Shown piece after piece: positions 1-9,348 of a stretch of DNA of 32,000 bases. Numbering within the stretch: position 1 is the first letter of the stretch; every line of letters begins with the position of its first letter. Under the pieces are notes generated by a model. It worked only from the letters and a program-made list of their open reading frames with translations, was not told where the DNA came from and did not search any database. Both the position numbers and the translations under genes were made by a program. The stretch comes from Candidatus Methylomirabilis limnetica (GTDB taxonomy: Bacteria > Methylomirabilota > Methylomirabilia > Methylomirabilales > Methylomirabilaceae), in the NCBI RefSeq assembly GCF_003044035.1, contig NZ_NVQC01000024.1, positions 30,001 to 62,000 on the forward strand, given 5' to 3'.

Positions 1-1011
1 ACGCAACGTATCCTGCCAGATGAGAACGCGACCGTGGAAGGAGGGATCGTCGGTCCCGAGCTGGATAATCGCGAAAGTCTGCAGGACCCTATCCGGGTTC
101 AGCCAGAAGGCATACGTCAGTCCCAACGCCACAAACGAGACCAGCATTCCCAATAGCTGCTTGCTGCGTAACCGCCGGGACGAGAACAGGACGGCCATGA
201 AGAGGATGGAACAGAAGAAGCTGAACAGTCCTGCCCGTGATCCGGTCAGCAGCAGGGCCACAGACATGATGAGCCCCCCAAAAAAGGCGAGCAGTGATCG
301 GCTCGCCTGGGGGGTGCCCCAATGAAGTAACCGGCTCCGCCAGTCCCATGTACCATCGGATATCGGCCGTCTGTTCGCCACGATATAGCCGATAGTCAGA
401 GGGATCACCATCTCCATGTAGCCGGCAAAGTGATTGCGATTGACGTATGGGCCAAAGAGGCTGCCTCCCTGGGTGAGCTCCCGAACCCAGTACAGCTTCC
501 CGTTCCCGGCGAAATGCTGAATTATTCCGAAGAGGGCCAACCCGAACCCTGTAGTCATCACGACGCGAACAATTCGATCGACCTGGTCACGGGTCTGCAG
601 GTGGCTCACGGCAACCCAGAAGACGAGCGCTAAGGCCAGCATTCGCACAAGCGCCTGTCGGGTTGCGTACGGCACAAGCGAGAGCGTGTGCCATGAGGCT
701 GCGAGATGGCTGTCAAACTCCATTTGCTGATAGATGGCAGCGGCCTTTGGCGAGATGAGGCGGATCACCTGAAGCGGAAGCGGGATCACCTGAAGCAGCC
801 CAAAGATCAGGACCAAGAGCCAACAGAGGTTCATGGCCGTTCGCTCGATTCGGATTCCGCCATCGCTCAGCATGGCGAGTCCCCACACGAGCGCGATCGT
901 GAAGATCATCACCTCTGCAATGGCAATCGACCAGAGCTCGACGGTCCCGAAGGCCAGTGGCGTGAGGACGATCAGACCATACAATCCGACCTCGACGAAG
1001 CGGTCGGCCAT
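1..1011 (-). CDS. O-antigen ligase / Wzy-like polysaccharide polymerase family membrane protein (first 337 codons; the gene runs off the window start and is absent from the ORF track because it has no in-window stop)
   Basis: My own translation of the minus strand from the ATG at 1011 reaches base 1 in frame without a stop: MADRFVEVGLYGLIVLTPLAFGTVELWSIAIAEVMIFTIALVWG...FGPYVNRNHFAGYMEMVIPLTIGY...LLLTGSRAGLFSFFCSILFMAV... It has many hydrophobic spans. The NRNHFAGY and GSRAG motifs are typical of the Wzy_C/O-antigen ligase family. Confidence 0.55.
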   Translation of the reverse strand, partial: MADRFVEVGLYGLIVLTPLAFGTVELWSIAIAEVMIFTIALVWGLAMLSDGGIRIERTAMNLCWLLVLIFGLLQVIPLPLQVIRLISPKAAAIYQQMEFDSHLAASWHTLSLVPYATRQALVRMLALALVFWVAVSHLQTRDQVDRIVRVVMTTGFGLALFGIIQHFAGNGKLYWVRELTQGGSLFGPYVNRNHFAGYMEMVIPLTIGYIVANRRPISDGTWDWRSRLLHWGTPQASRSLLAFFGGLIMSVALLLTGSRAGLFSFFCSILFMAVLFSSRRLRSKQLLGMLVSFVALGLTYAFWLNPDRVLQTFAIIQLGTDDPSFHGRVLIWQDTLR

Positions 1012-1068
1012 GAGAGCATATCGGAGCTTGATAAGCTTCCATGGTGAAAGGGCAGGGCTATCGATCGA

Positions 1069-1090
1069 GGGGGGAGGGGTGGGGAGGGGG
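1069..1090 (+). other. G-quadruplex-capable motif GGGGGG-A-GGGG-T-GGGG-A-GGGGG
   Basis: Four G-runs of at least 4 separated by single-nt loops, read directly. It lies in the 114-nt spacer between the NusG-paralog stop (1126) and the Wzy-like start (1011), on the template strand for those genes. Confidence 0.5.
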
Positions 1091-1125
1091 TGCAATGTCC
1101 GGGCTTTCATGTCCATGGGCACACG

Positions 1126-1626
1126 TCACACCGCGACCACGTCATCGGCATCGATCTCAACCGATGCGCCTTGGCAAATGAGGCTGATAGCGATGACGAG
1201 ACGCGCTCTGGTGGCCTTCCTAACCAGGAACCCACGGAGGCCATGGAGGGGGCCGCGTCGTACCTCGACCGGCATCCCAGGCTCAAGGAAAGGGTATGGA
1301 TCAACGGGGAGGGTGCTGGTGACCAGGCGTCGCACTCCCTCGATCTCGGCCTCGGCGATAGGCACGTCGTGGCCGCCCACTGCCAGCACCTCTACGACAC
1401 CAGGGGCACTCACTACTCGTACCCGATCCTGCCAGGCGAAGCGTACGAAGCAATAACCGGGGAACAATGGGAATTGGACCTTCACCGTACGGTCTTTCCA
1501 TCGACTCCGCCGATCGATGAGCGGAAGAAACGCTTCGATGCCTTGGCGATCGACCTGAGCCCACACTCGTTTCTCATGCCGGGAGCGGGTACGGAGCGCG
1601 TACCACTGCGGAACCGTCACCATCAT
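1126..1626 (-). CDS. NusG-paralog transcription antiterminator (RfaH/UpxY/LoaP-like: NGN domain plus KOW)
   Basis: WYALRTRSRHEKRV...FPLFPGYCFVRF matches an NGN domain. The C-terminal GMPVEVRRGPLHGLRGFLV is KOW-like. A GGAGG sits at 1628-1632, immediately upstream of the ATG ATG GTG run at 1626/1623/1620, so the true start is downstream of the 1638 GTG used by the track. The gene lies directly upstream of a polysaccharide-type membrane gene. Confidence 0.7.
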   Translation of the reverse strand: MMVTVPQWYALRTRSRHEKRVWAQVDRQGIEAFLPLIDRRSRWKDRTVKVQFPLFPGYCFVRFAWQDRVRVVSAPGVVEVLAVGGHDVPIAEAEIEGVRRLVTSTLPVDPYPFLEPGMPVEVRRGPLHGLRGFLVRKATRARLVIAISLICQGASVEIDADDVVAV

Positions 1627-1746
1627 ACCTCCAGCCACCGCTTCGCCATCTTATTTGCAGGGCACGATCGTTGGGCTAGTCAAAAAATGCTAAATGGCTT
1701 CAACGTTACTGAAATCTATCAGGCTGATCCATTATATTGGCTATAT

Positions 1747-1774
1747 ATTATAATAGGTTACTATCTAGCGTCAA
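1747..1774 (-). promoter_or_regulatory. Candidate sigma70-type promoter for the NusG-paralog operon (TTGACG, 16-nt spacer, TATAAT)
   Basis: The minus strand reads TTGACGctagatagtaacctatTATAAT. It sits inside the only strongly AT-rich stretch of the window (about 1680-1800), roughly 120 nt upstream of the start codon. Confidence 0.4.
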
Positions 1775-1820
1775 ATATAATGTGGAGAGTCAATACCAGA
1801 GATTGACAGCGCAATCCATC

Positions 1821-1866
1821 AATCCCCCCTACCCTATTATCACAGGATGATGAGGGGAGATTTGGT
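1821..1866. repeat. G/C-rich post-stop element, family member e (shares the GAGGGGAGATTTG tail with 9469-9486)
   Basis: The sequence is aatcccccctaccct...gatgaggggagatttgg. The 13-nt tail GAGGGGAGATTTG is identical to the copy after mqnC. It begins about 10 nt after the phosphatase stop codon (1877). Confidence 0.45.
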
Positions 1867-1876
1867 AAGATATGCT

Positions 1877-2527
1877 TCAGACGCCGTATGTGATGGGGGT
1901 GGTGCGGGAGTGCATATCGAGGGGATTCGAAACCTGGATCACTTCACGTGATGGGAGGATCAGGCAGGTCAGCTTGTTGCCATAGACACAGGCCGTATCG
2001 ATGCCGATCCGGTCGTCCTCCATCAGGACTTCTCGCATCGGTGTATGGCCGAACACAACCGTCTTGGGGAACCGACCTGGATACGCGTAGAACTCTTCGC
2101 GAATCCACAGGAGGTCGCTCTCGCCTTGCTCCTGCAGCGGCATCGCGGGCCTGATCCCGGCGTGGACGAAGAGATAGTCCTGCGTCTCATAGTACGGCCT
2201 TTGGCGGTCTAGAAAAGTTAGATGTGTCGCGGGGATCCCGCGGAGCCCACCGTAGCTTTCCAACGTCGCGGTACCGCCGTTATACAGAAATAGGGGCCGC
2301 TGTTGTCCCTGAAGAAAATCAAGAAACATGCGCTCATGATTACCCATGAGGAATGTGTACCGACCCTGCAGGGTCAGCAGGTAATCAATGACCCCCTTTG
2401 AATCCGGTCCCCGATCAATGTAATCTCCCAGGAAGACCACCTCGTCAGCCTCGGACAGACGAAGTTGCGCCATGAGCCGGCGTAGCGGCTCCAAACAGCC
2501 GTGTATATCGCCAATCACGTAGATCAT
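1877..2527 (-). CDS. Metallophosphoesterase of the PPP family (ApaH/PrpA-like Ser/Thr or diadenosine-tetraphosphate phosphatase)
   Basis: Contains IYVIGDIHGC, GDYIDRGPDS and GNHE, plus a later GHT motif. This is the classic calcineurin-like signature order. Confidence 0.75.
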   Translation of the reverse strand: MIYVIGDIHGCLEPLRRLMAQLRLSEADEVVFLGDYIDRGPDSKGVIDYLLTLQGRYTFLMGNHERMFLDFLQGQQRPLFLYNGGTATLESYGGLRGIPATHLTFLDRQRPYYETQDYLFVHAGIRPAMPLQEQGESDLLWIREEFYAYPGRFPKTVVFGHTPMREVLMEDDRIGIDTACVYGNKLTCLILPSREVIQVSNPLDMHSRTTPITYGV

Positions 2528-2581
2528 GTGTAGCTGTAGATAGACTGAAGGCTGATCGCTAACCGCTGACGGCCGTGTGTC

Positions 2582-2827
2582 CTATTTATGGCCGATGGCG
2601 TCCAGAACGCGCGCGATCTCTTCCTTGACATGGGTGTTGATCTTGAGCCGTGCGAGAATATCCGGTTGGTGTTCAGCGAGGTATTGAATGACGGCGGTTC
2701 CATCGAGCGGAGACCCGTGGGGTTGACTATCGAGGATCCAGTCGCTGAGGGCATCCTTAGACGCCCGGTGGGTGCCCGGATCACGATACAAGATATCTAA
2801 GATTTCCTGAGCCAATGACATGCGCAT
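2582..2827 (-). CDS. Hypothetical small acidic protein (81 aa)
   Basis: It is the only frame here with a protein-like, helical-looking composition, and it is co-oriented with its neighbours. I recognise no family. Confidence 0.35.
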   Translation of the reverse strand: MRMSLAQEILDILYRDPGTHRASKDALSDWILDSQPHGSPLDGTAVIQYLAEHQPDILARLKINTHVKEEIARVLDAIGHK

Positions 2828-3109
2828 TGCATCACCCTTATGCTGTGTTATTGACTGAGCGTACTACCTCTTCATCCAATCCACAAGCGAAAAATCTCAC
2901 TGGCGCCACAAGAAAGAATCGTATCGCCTCTACGGCTCACGGGAAGCCTTCCCGCCGTTCAAGAAATTCTCTTGGCCCTTAACCAGTATATCGACACATG
3001 CGGTGAACTCGTGATGAGAAAATCCAGTTGAAGAAACTCGTGCCGTACGCCGAAGGGATCTTCTTGCGCGTAGATTGAAAGGTGTCATTGTAAGCGTAGG
3101 AACCCAATA

Positions 3110-3160
3110 CCCCATTCGCCCACCTTTATCAAAGGGGGAATTGGGGGGATTTAGGGGAGC
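3110..3160. repeat. G/C-rich post-stop hairpin element, family member a
   Basis: The sequence is cccacctttatcaaagggggaattggggggatttagggg. It forms an imperfect CCCNCCTTT/AAAGGGGG stem followed by a GGGGGGATTT tail. It starts about 12 nt after the peptidase stop (3172). Confidence 0.5.
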
Positions 3161-3171
3161 GACACGCGTCA

Positions 3172-4326
3172 TCATTCGATCTCAAACTCGCTGATCTCTT
3201 TTGGGAAGTTGGTCAGATTTCGGCACCCTGCCGCAGTGACGACCACTAGGTCCTCAATCCGAATGGCCCCTGCATCCAGATAGTAGAGCCCAGGCTCAAC
3301 TGTCACCACGTAGCCACTTCTCAGAACCCCACCTGTCTTACCGATACGCGGGGGTTCATGGATATCGAGACCAACCCCGTGACCAGTGCCGTGGAAGAAC
3401 CCTTGCATCCGCCCGCCGAGCATACAGGTGGTAAATCCATCCTTCTCCAACACACCATTCACCTCGGCGTGTATGGCCCTTCCGTCGGCTTCGTCTCTGA
3501 TTAACTCCATCCCGCGCTCCTGGGCGCTGAGCACCGCTCTGTACATAGCTCGAAGCTTCGGAGATGCCTTCCCCTTCACGACGGTCCGGCTCATGTCGGC
3601 ATAGTAACGGCTACGTTCCGACCTCGGAAAGACGTCGATCACAATCGACTCGTTTGCCCTGATGGGCCCATTTCCATGATGGTGCGGATCGACCCCCTGC
3701 AGGCCGGGCGCCACAATCGTATGTTGGGCCACGCACTCGTGTTCCATCAACTTCATGTGCATGATCTTCTTGAGCGCCTCGGCGGTCAATTGCTCACCGT
3801 CGAGGTACAGCAGCCCGTCGCTCTCTATCCTGGCTGCCCGAATTGCCGAGACCGCCGCGCCCATGGCCTCTTCGGTGGCGCGCTGAGTCGCGGCAATCGC
3901 CTCAACCTCTGCGTCGCTCTTCACCAGCCGCGCCTCGAAGAACGGCTCACGTTTCACGGAGAGCGTGTAGCCCCTTGCCCGCAGGCCATCGGCGTACTCG
4001 ACACCGAAGTTGCCAGGGACCAGCAGGTGGCGAGCCCCTCGCTCCTGCAGCACGAGGTCCAGGACATCCAGCAAGGACGGTGCGTCGGCGCCCTTCTGCC
4101 TCGCCATGCGCTCATACGCGCCATAGGAGAGAACCGTATCTACGCTCGATTGACTCTTCGCCCGATCCAGCTCCAGGTCGCTCATCACGGCGATCTTCTC
4201 TGCGCTAGTCTGGACAAAGATAAAGGGGTCCGGCGCCGCGAACCGGGTCGCATAGTACAGGTTCGCATCGATCTCGCTGGCTGAGATCATGACCGTCGCA
4301 TCACAGCCGGACAGCTCTTCCATCAC
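3172..4326 (-). CDS. M24 family Xaa-Pro aminopeptidase/dipeptidase (creatinase-like N domain plus pita-bread fold)
   Basis: Contains HGTGHGVGLDIHEPP, VEPGLY and IRIED metal-ligand motifs. At 384 aa it is a typical length. Confidence 0.8.
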   Translation of the reverse strand: MMEELSGCDATVMISASEIDANLYYATRFAAPDPFIFVQTSAEKIAVMSDLELDRAKSQSSVDTVLSYGAYERMARQKGADAPSLLDVLDLVLQERGARHLLVPGNFGVEYADGLRARGYTLSVKREPFFEARLVKSDAEVEAIAATQRATEEAMGAAVSAIRAARIESDGLLYLDGEQLTAEALKKIMHMKLMEHECVAQHTIVAPGLQGVDPHHHGNGPIRANESIVIDVFPRSERSRYYADMSRTVVKGKASPKLRAMYRAVLSAQERGMELIRDEADGRAIHAEVNGVLEKDGFTTCMLGGRMQGFFHGTGHGVGLDIHEPPRIGKTGGVLRSGYVVTVEPGLYYLDAGAIRIEDLVVVTAAGCRNLTNFPKEISEFEIE

Positions 4327-4429
4327 CCATGCCCCCAGAAGGCAGGACCCTTTGATCTTGCGGCCGTCATGTGAGCAAATACCCCATGCGCCGAAGGTGC
4401 GCCGCAGGTATGAAAGTCGGCACCCCGTT

Positions 4430-4562
4430 CCCCCTCACCTTCATCCTCTCCCTCCCCGCTGGGGGGAGAGGAGATTTTATTATTATCCCTCGCCTCTGGG
4501 TGCGGAGCCGCGTCTTTTTTTACCCCTCGCCCCCCGCTGGGGGAGAGGGTGCGGGTGAGGGG
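4430..4562. repeat. Two inverted copies of a G/C-rich hairpin element flanking an AT-rich core (family member c)
   Basis: Copy 1 (4430-4473) is CCCCCTCACCTTCATCCTCTCCCTCCCCGCTGGGGGGAGAGGAG. The reverse complement of copy 2 (4523-4562) is CCCCTCACCCGCACCCTCTCCCCCAGCGGGGGGCGAGGGG. Each copy also folds on itself. The element abuts the thiC stop (4565). Confidence 0.55.
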
Positions 4563-4564
4563 AA

Positions 4565-5956
<1,392 letters not shown>

Positions 5957-5967
5957 TCAACCTTTTC

Positions 5968-6056
5968 AGGATGCTCCCTACGCTGGCATGACCCAGATCA
6001 GGTCCGACGGTCGACGACGGTTTCTGTCGCCCTCTCAGCCTGCTCCCGCAGACTCC
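5968..6056 (-). promoter_or_regulatory. TPP (THI-box) riboswitch aptamer
   Basis: The minus strand reads ...GCGGGAGCAGGCUGAGAGGGCGACAGAAACCGUCGUCGACCGUCGGACCUGAUCUGGGUCAUGCCAGCGUAGGGAGC. It contains the invariant CUGAGA and ACCUGAUCUGG-N-AUGCCAGCGUAGGGA blocks, directly 5' of thiC. Confidence 0.9.
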
Positions 6057-6124
6057 CGTACCCGCTTCCTATTGTTTTCTAATCTACCCCCAATCAACAG
6101 GGGTGTCAAGAATCCACCAAAAGA

Positions 6125-6307
6125 TGGTCTATCTGGTCTATTTGGTCTGTCTGGTCTGTCTGGTCTATTTGGTCTGGGACGAGAAAGACGGAATAGACCA
6201 GAAGGACGGAATAGACCGAAGATGGTCTATCTGGTCTTTCTGGTCCTTCTGGTCATTTGGTCGGTGACGAGATAGACGAAATAGACGGAACAGACCGAAT
6301 AGACCAA
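6125..6307. repeat. Family A intergenic element, copy A1: two consecutive hairpin units built from 9-nt TGGTCTRTY repeats and their complements
   Basis: The first unit has six phased 9-mers (6125-6178), then GACGAGAAAGACGGAATAGACCAGAAGGACGGAATAGACCG. The second has four or five more 9-mers, the core TTTGGTCGGTGACGAG, then GATAGACGAAATAGACGGAACAGACCGAATAGACCA. The element ends 2 nt from the rmuC stop codon. Confidence 0.85.
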
Positions 6308-6308
6308 T

Positions 6309-7697
6309 TTACTCTGCCTCGTCGATATCGAATGCGGTCAGGCGTCGAGGCGCTTGATCGATCGGCTGCAGTTCCTGGATCTCCTTCTTGCCACCGGCTC
6401 CGAGCGCCTGAAACTTTCGGGCCGTGGGGAAGACGCGGCTCTCAAACGAGGCAACCGCGGCGTTATATGAATCCACGGCCTTGCCAATGGCCCCACCGAC
6501 CTTGAGGAGGTGCTCGGCAAGTATCCCCATCCGGTCGGCGAGTTCCTGGCCCAGGGCACAGATGCGCTGGGCGCTCTCCGCGACGAGTTCCTGTCGCCAC
6601 CCATAGGCGATGGCCCGGAGTAGGGCGATAAAGGTCGAGGGTGTCGCGATGACGACCTTCTTCGAGATTGCCGATTCAACCAGAGCCGGATCCTTCTCGG
6701 CGGCTGCGGCGAGAAAGGAGTCGTTCGGGATGAAGAGTACGACGAACTCTGGAGCGGCCGCGAACTGATCCCAGTACTCTTTCGAGGCCAGCTTCGTGAC
6801 GTGCTGGTTCACCTGTGCCGCATGCTTGAGGAGGGCCACTTCGCGTTCCTCATCCGTTTTGGCTTCCAGCGCCTCGAGGAATCCTCCGAGTGGGACCTTG
6901 GAGTCCACCACTACCTCGCGCCCGGCCGGAAGCTTGACGACCATATCGGGGCGGACACGCCCTTCTTCAGTTGTCACGCTCTCCTGTTCCACAAAATCGC
7001 AGTGGGGCGACATCCCGGCGAGCTCAGCCGTTTTCCGAAGCGCGATCTCCCCCCACCGGCCGCGAACCTGTGGGGATCTCAGGGCGTTGACCAGCTTGGC
7101 GGTCTCACTCTGAAGGGTGGTCTGACTCAGGGCGACTGCACGCAGTTGTTCCCCCACTGTGCTGTACTCTCTGAGCCGTTTCTCTTCGAGCGCTTTTGTC
7201 TCTTGCTGATAAATGGAGAGGGTTTCGCTGAGTGGGTTAATAATAGTCTCGATCGCTTTTCTACGAGCGTCCAAATCGACAGTAGCTTCATCCTTCAGCG
7301 CCTTGAACTTCTCCTCGGCGAGGATGAGGAACCCTGTGTTGTTACCGGCCAGCGCTTCAGCCGCAAGCGACTTGAATGTATCAGTGAGCCGGGTCTTTGC
7401 ATCCTCCAGGAGCGCTTTCTGCTCAGTAAGGTTTTTGTCGGTCTCGACGACTCGAGTTTCGGCGGCAGTCCTGGCTGTCTCAGCCTGTCGTAAATCCTCG
7501 CGCAAGGTGTCGAAGTCCTCCCTGGCCGAGGCGAGCTGGATGCGAATCTCCTCAACCCGCGCCTCTGCGGCCGCGGTTCGCGTCTCCTGATCTCGCAAGA
7601 TGGAGCCCGCTGCTGCCTTGGTCCGGGCCGCGCTTATCACCCATCCAAACCCGGCGCCGATCACGAGCCCCAACAGCAGGATCATCCATTCTGTCAT
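6309..7697 (-). CDS. rmuC: DNA recombination protein RmuC
   Basis: N-terminal TM helix (ILLLGLVIGAGFGWV), a long coiled-coil region of about 200 aa, and a C-terminal RmuC nuclease-like region (PDMVVKLPAGREVVVDSKVPL..., VLFIPNDSFL). Confidence 0.8.
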   Translation of the reverse strand: MTEWMILLLGLVIGAGFGWVISAARTKAAAGSILRDQETRTAAAEARVEEIRIQLASAREDFDTLREDLRQAETARTAAETRVVETDKNLTEQKALLEDAKTRLTDTFKSLAAEALAGNNTGFLILAEEKFKALKDEATVDLDARRKAIETIINPLSETLSIYQQETKALEEKRLREYSTVGEQLRAVALSQTTLQSETAKLVNALRSPQVRGRWGEIALRKTAELAGMSPHCDFVEQESVTTEEGRVRPDMVVKLPAGREVVVDSKVPLGGFLEALEAKTDEEREVALLKHAAQVNQHVTKLASKEYWDQFAAAPEFVVLFIPNDSFLAAAAEKDPALVESAISKKVVIATPSTFIALLRAIAYGWRQELVAESAQRICALGQELADRMGILAEHLLKVGGAIGKAVDSYNAAVASFESRVFPTARKFQALGAGGKKEIQELQPIDQAPRRLTAFDIDEAE

Positions 7698-7733
7698 ATT
7701 GAGTTCCCTAGAAAATGTCTAACTGGTCTATCT

Positions 7734-7874
7734 GGTCATTTGGTCTGTTTGGTCTGTTTGGTCTATTTGGTCTGTTTGGTCGGTGACGGAGTAGACGAAA
7801 TGATCCGCTGTCGATTTGGTCGGTGACGAGATGGACGAGATAGACCAAATAGACCAGATAGACGAAATAGACCC
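7734..7874. repeat. Family A intergenic element, copy A2
   Basis: Seven phased TGGTCNNTY units. The core TTTGGTCGGTGACG is present twice (7786-7799 and 7826-7839). These are followed by GATAGACCAAATAGACCAGATAGACGAAATAGACC. It lies between the rmuC start and the rtcB stop. Confidence 0.85.
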
Positions 7875-7893
7875 AAGCCGGCCCATGCGGTCA

Positions 7894-9336
7894 TCACCCT
7901 TTGATGACGCCCATGGGGCGGAGGCGGGCGACCATCTTAGAGAGGCCGGCACGGTGAACAACCGTCACCACTTGGGTCACATCCTTATACGCCTCGGGCA
8001 TTTCTTCAGCCAACGACTCCTGGCCGGACGCCTTGACAATGATCCCTTGATCCTCAAGCTCCCTGTGTATGGCGCGACCTTTGGCGGCCTTGATGGCGGC
8101 ATGGCGACTCATGACCCTGCCAGCTCCATGGCAGGTACTCCCGAAGGTCTGCTCCATGGCGCCCGTTCCCACCAGCACAAAGGAGGCCCGGCCCATGTCA
8201 CCAGGGATGAGCACAGGTTGGCCGATGGCCTGGTAGTGAGCCGGCAGCTCCGGGTGCCCAGGCGGGAAGGCTCGCGTTGCGCCCTTCCGATGGACCGCCA
8301 GCTTAAGCCGCCTGCCCTCGACCTCGTGCTCCTCTACCTTGACGATGTTGTGGGCTACATCATAGACCGTGGAGAGTCCCAATGTCCTGGGGGAGATGCC
8401 AAAGACCTTCAGGAATACCTCCTTCGCCCAGTGGGCCAGACATTGGCGATTGTTCCAGGCAAAGTTGGCGGCGGCCCGCATGGCGCCAAGGTACTGCGTA
8501 GCCTCTGGCGACTTCCAAGGCGTACAGGCGAGCTGCCTGTCTGGGAGCTCTATCCCATACTTCCTCACTGCCCGCTCCATTTCGACGAGAGAATCTGTGC
8601 AGACTTGGTGCCCCAGGCCTCGAGAACCGGTATGAATCATCACGGTCACTTGGCCCTCGAACAGACCGAGAACCTCGGCGGCATGGGGATCGTAGATCTC
8701 GGCGACGGCTTGGACCTCCAGGAAGTGATTGCCGGAGCCTAACGTTCCGAGCTGGCTACTCCCCCGCTCAAGGGCTTTATGGCTTACGGCATCCGGATCA
8801 GCGTCCGCAAGGCACCCGCCGGATTCGATGCAGGCAAGGTCTGCCGGCTCTCCGTACCCCTGTTTAACAGCCCATGCTGCGCCTTTGAGCAGCGGCGCCT
8901 CCATCTCCTGCCTGCTCAAGCGGATCCGGCCCCGTGAGCCGACGCCGGTTGGGATTTCGCTGAACAGGGCGAGGACCAACTCCTTGAGCTTTGGCCGCAC
9001 CTCCTCTTTTGTCAGCTCCGTACGAAGCAATCGAACCCCACAGTTGATGTCGTACCCGACCGCGCCGGGAGACACGACACCATCGGTGATGTCCGTGGCA
9101 ACCACCCCACCGACCGGAAGACCGTACCCCTGATGGATGTCGGGCATGGCAAAGGAGGCCTTGACGATCCCCGGCAGGAAGGCTCCATTAGCCACCTGCT
9201 CCAAGGAGAGGTCCTTCATGATCGCTTGCATCAGGATGTCATCGGCATAGATGATCCCCGGAACACGCATCCCAGGTTTGTAATCTTGCGGGAGTAGCCA
9301 TCGATAGTCATCGAGCTGTTGTACACCCTTGCTCAC
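7894..9336 (-). CDS. rtcB: RNA ligase RtcB (3'-phosphate/5'-hydroxyl RNA-splicing ligase)
   Basis: Contains GYDINCGVR, GSGNHFLEVQ, MIHTGSRGLGHQV and CHGAGR motifs. An AAGAGG lies 6 nt upstream of the GTG at 9336, so I prefer this start to the TTG at 9342. Confidence 0.9.
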   Translation of the reverse strand: MSKGVQQLDDYRWLLPQDYKPGMRVPGIIYADDILMQAIMKDLSLEQVANGAFLPGIVKASFAMPDIHQGYGLPVGGVVATDITDGVVSPGAVGYDINCGVRLLRTELTKEEVRPKLKELVLALFSEIPTGVGSRGRIRLSRQEMEAPLLKGAAWAVKQGYGEPADLACIESGGCLADADPDAVSHKALERGSSQLGTLGSGNHFLEVQAVAEIYDPHAAEVLGLFEGQVTVMIHTGSRGLGHQVCTDSLVEMERAVRKYGIELPDRQLACTPWKSPEATQYLGAMRAAANFAWNNRQCLAHWAKEVFLKVFGISPRTLGLSTVYDVAHNIVKVEEHEVEGRRLKLAVHRKGATRAFPPGHPELPAHYQAIGQPVLIPGDMGRASFVLVGTGAMEQTFGSTCHGAGRVMSRHAAIKAAKGRAIHRELEDQGIIVKASGQESLAEEMPEAYKDVTQVVTVVHRAGLSKMVARLRPMGVIKG

Positions 9337-9348
9337 GTCCAACCTCTT

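Noticed and set aside
1636-1647. An ops-like element (GGCGAAGCGGTG on the coding strand) might lie in the leader of the NusG paralog.
   Set aside because: Only about 7 of 12 positions match the E. coli ops consensus GGCGGTAGNNTG. It also sits only a few nt upstream of the ribosome-binding site of the gene itself.
2930-3175. The 81-aa minus-strand ORF between the peptidase and the small hypothetical might be a gene.
   Set aside because: Its N-terminal third is a translation of the G/C-rich post-stop repeat (PLNPPNSPFDKGG). The remainder is Arg-rich with no motif.
6125-6307. The regularly spaced repeats at 6125-6307, 7734-7874, 12970-13095 and 23895-24023 might be CRISPR arrays.
   Set aside because: The period is only 7 or 9 nt, with no unique spacers between units. 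Arms are mutually complementary. No cas genes or leader are present.
6125-7874. The 9-mer arrays might be DnaA boxes or iterons marking a replication origin.
   Set aside because: The unit TGGTCTRTY does not match the DnaA box TTATCCACA. There is no AT-rich unwinding element, and no adjacent dnaA, dnaN or rep gene. Identical arrays also occur inside the PDH operon.
7816-8742. Long plus-strand ORFs might be real genes (for example 833-1456, 3676-4284, 5075-5791, 7816-8742, 14171-15085, 16144-16731, 28268-28900).
   Set aside because: Each lies antisense to a minus-strand gene with clear family motifs. Their Arg/Pro/Gly/Ser-rich composition is typical of shadow frames in GC-rich DNA.
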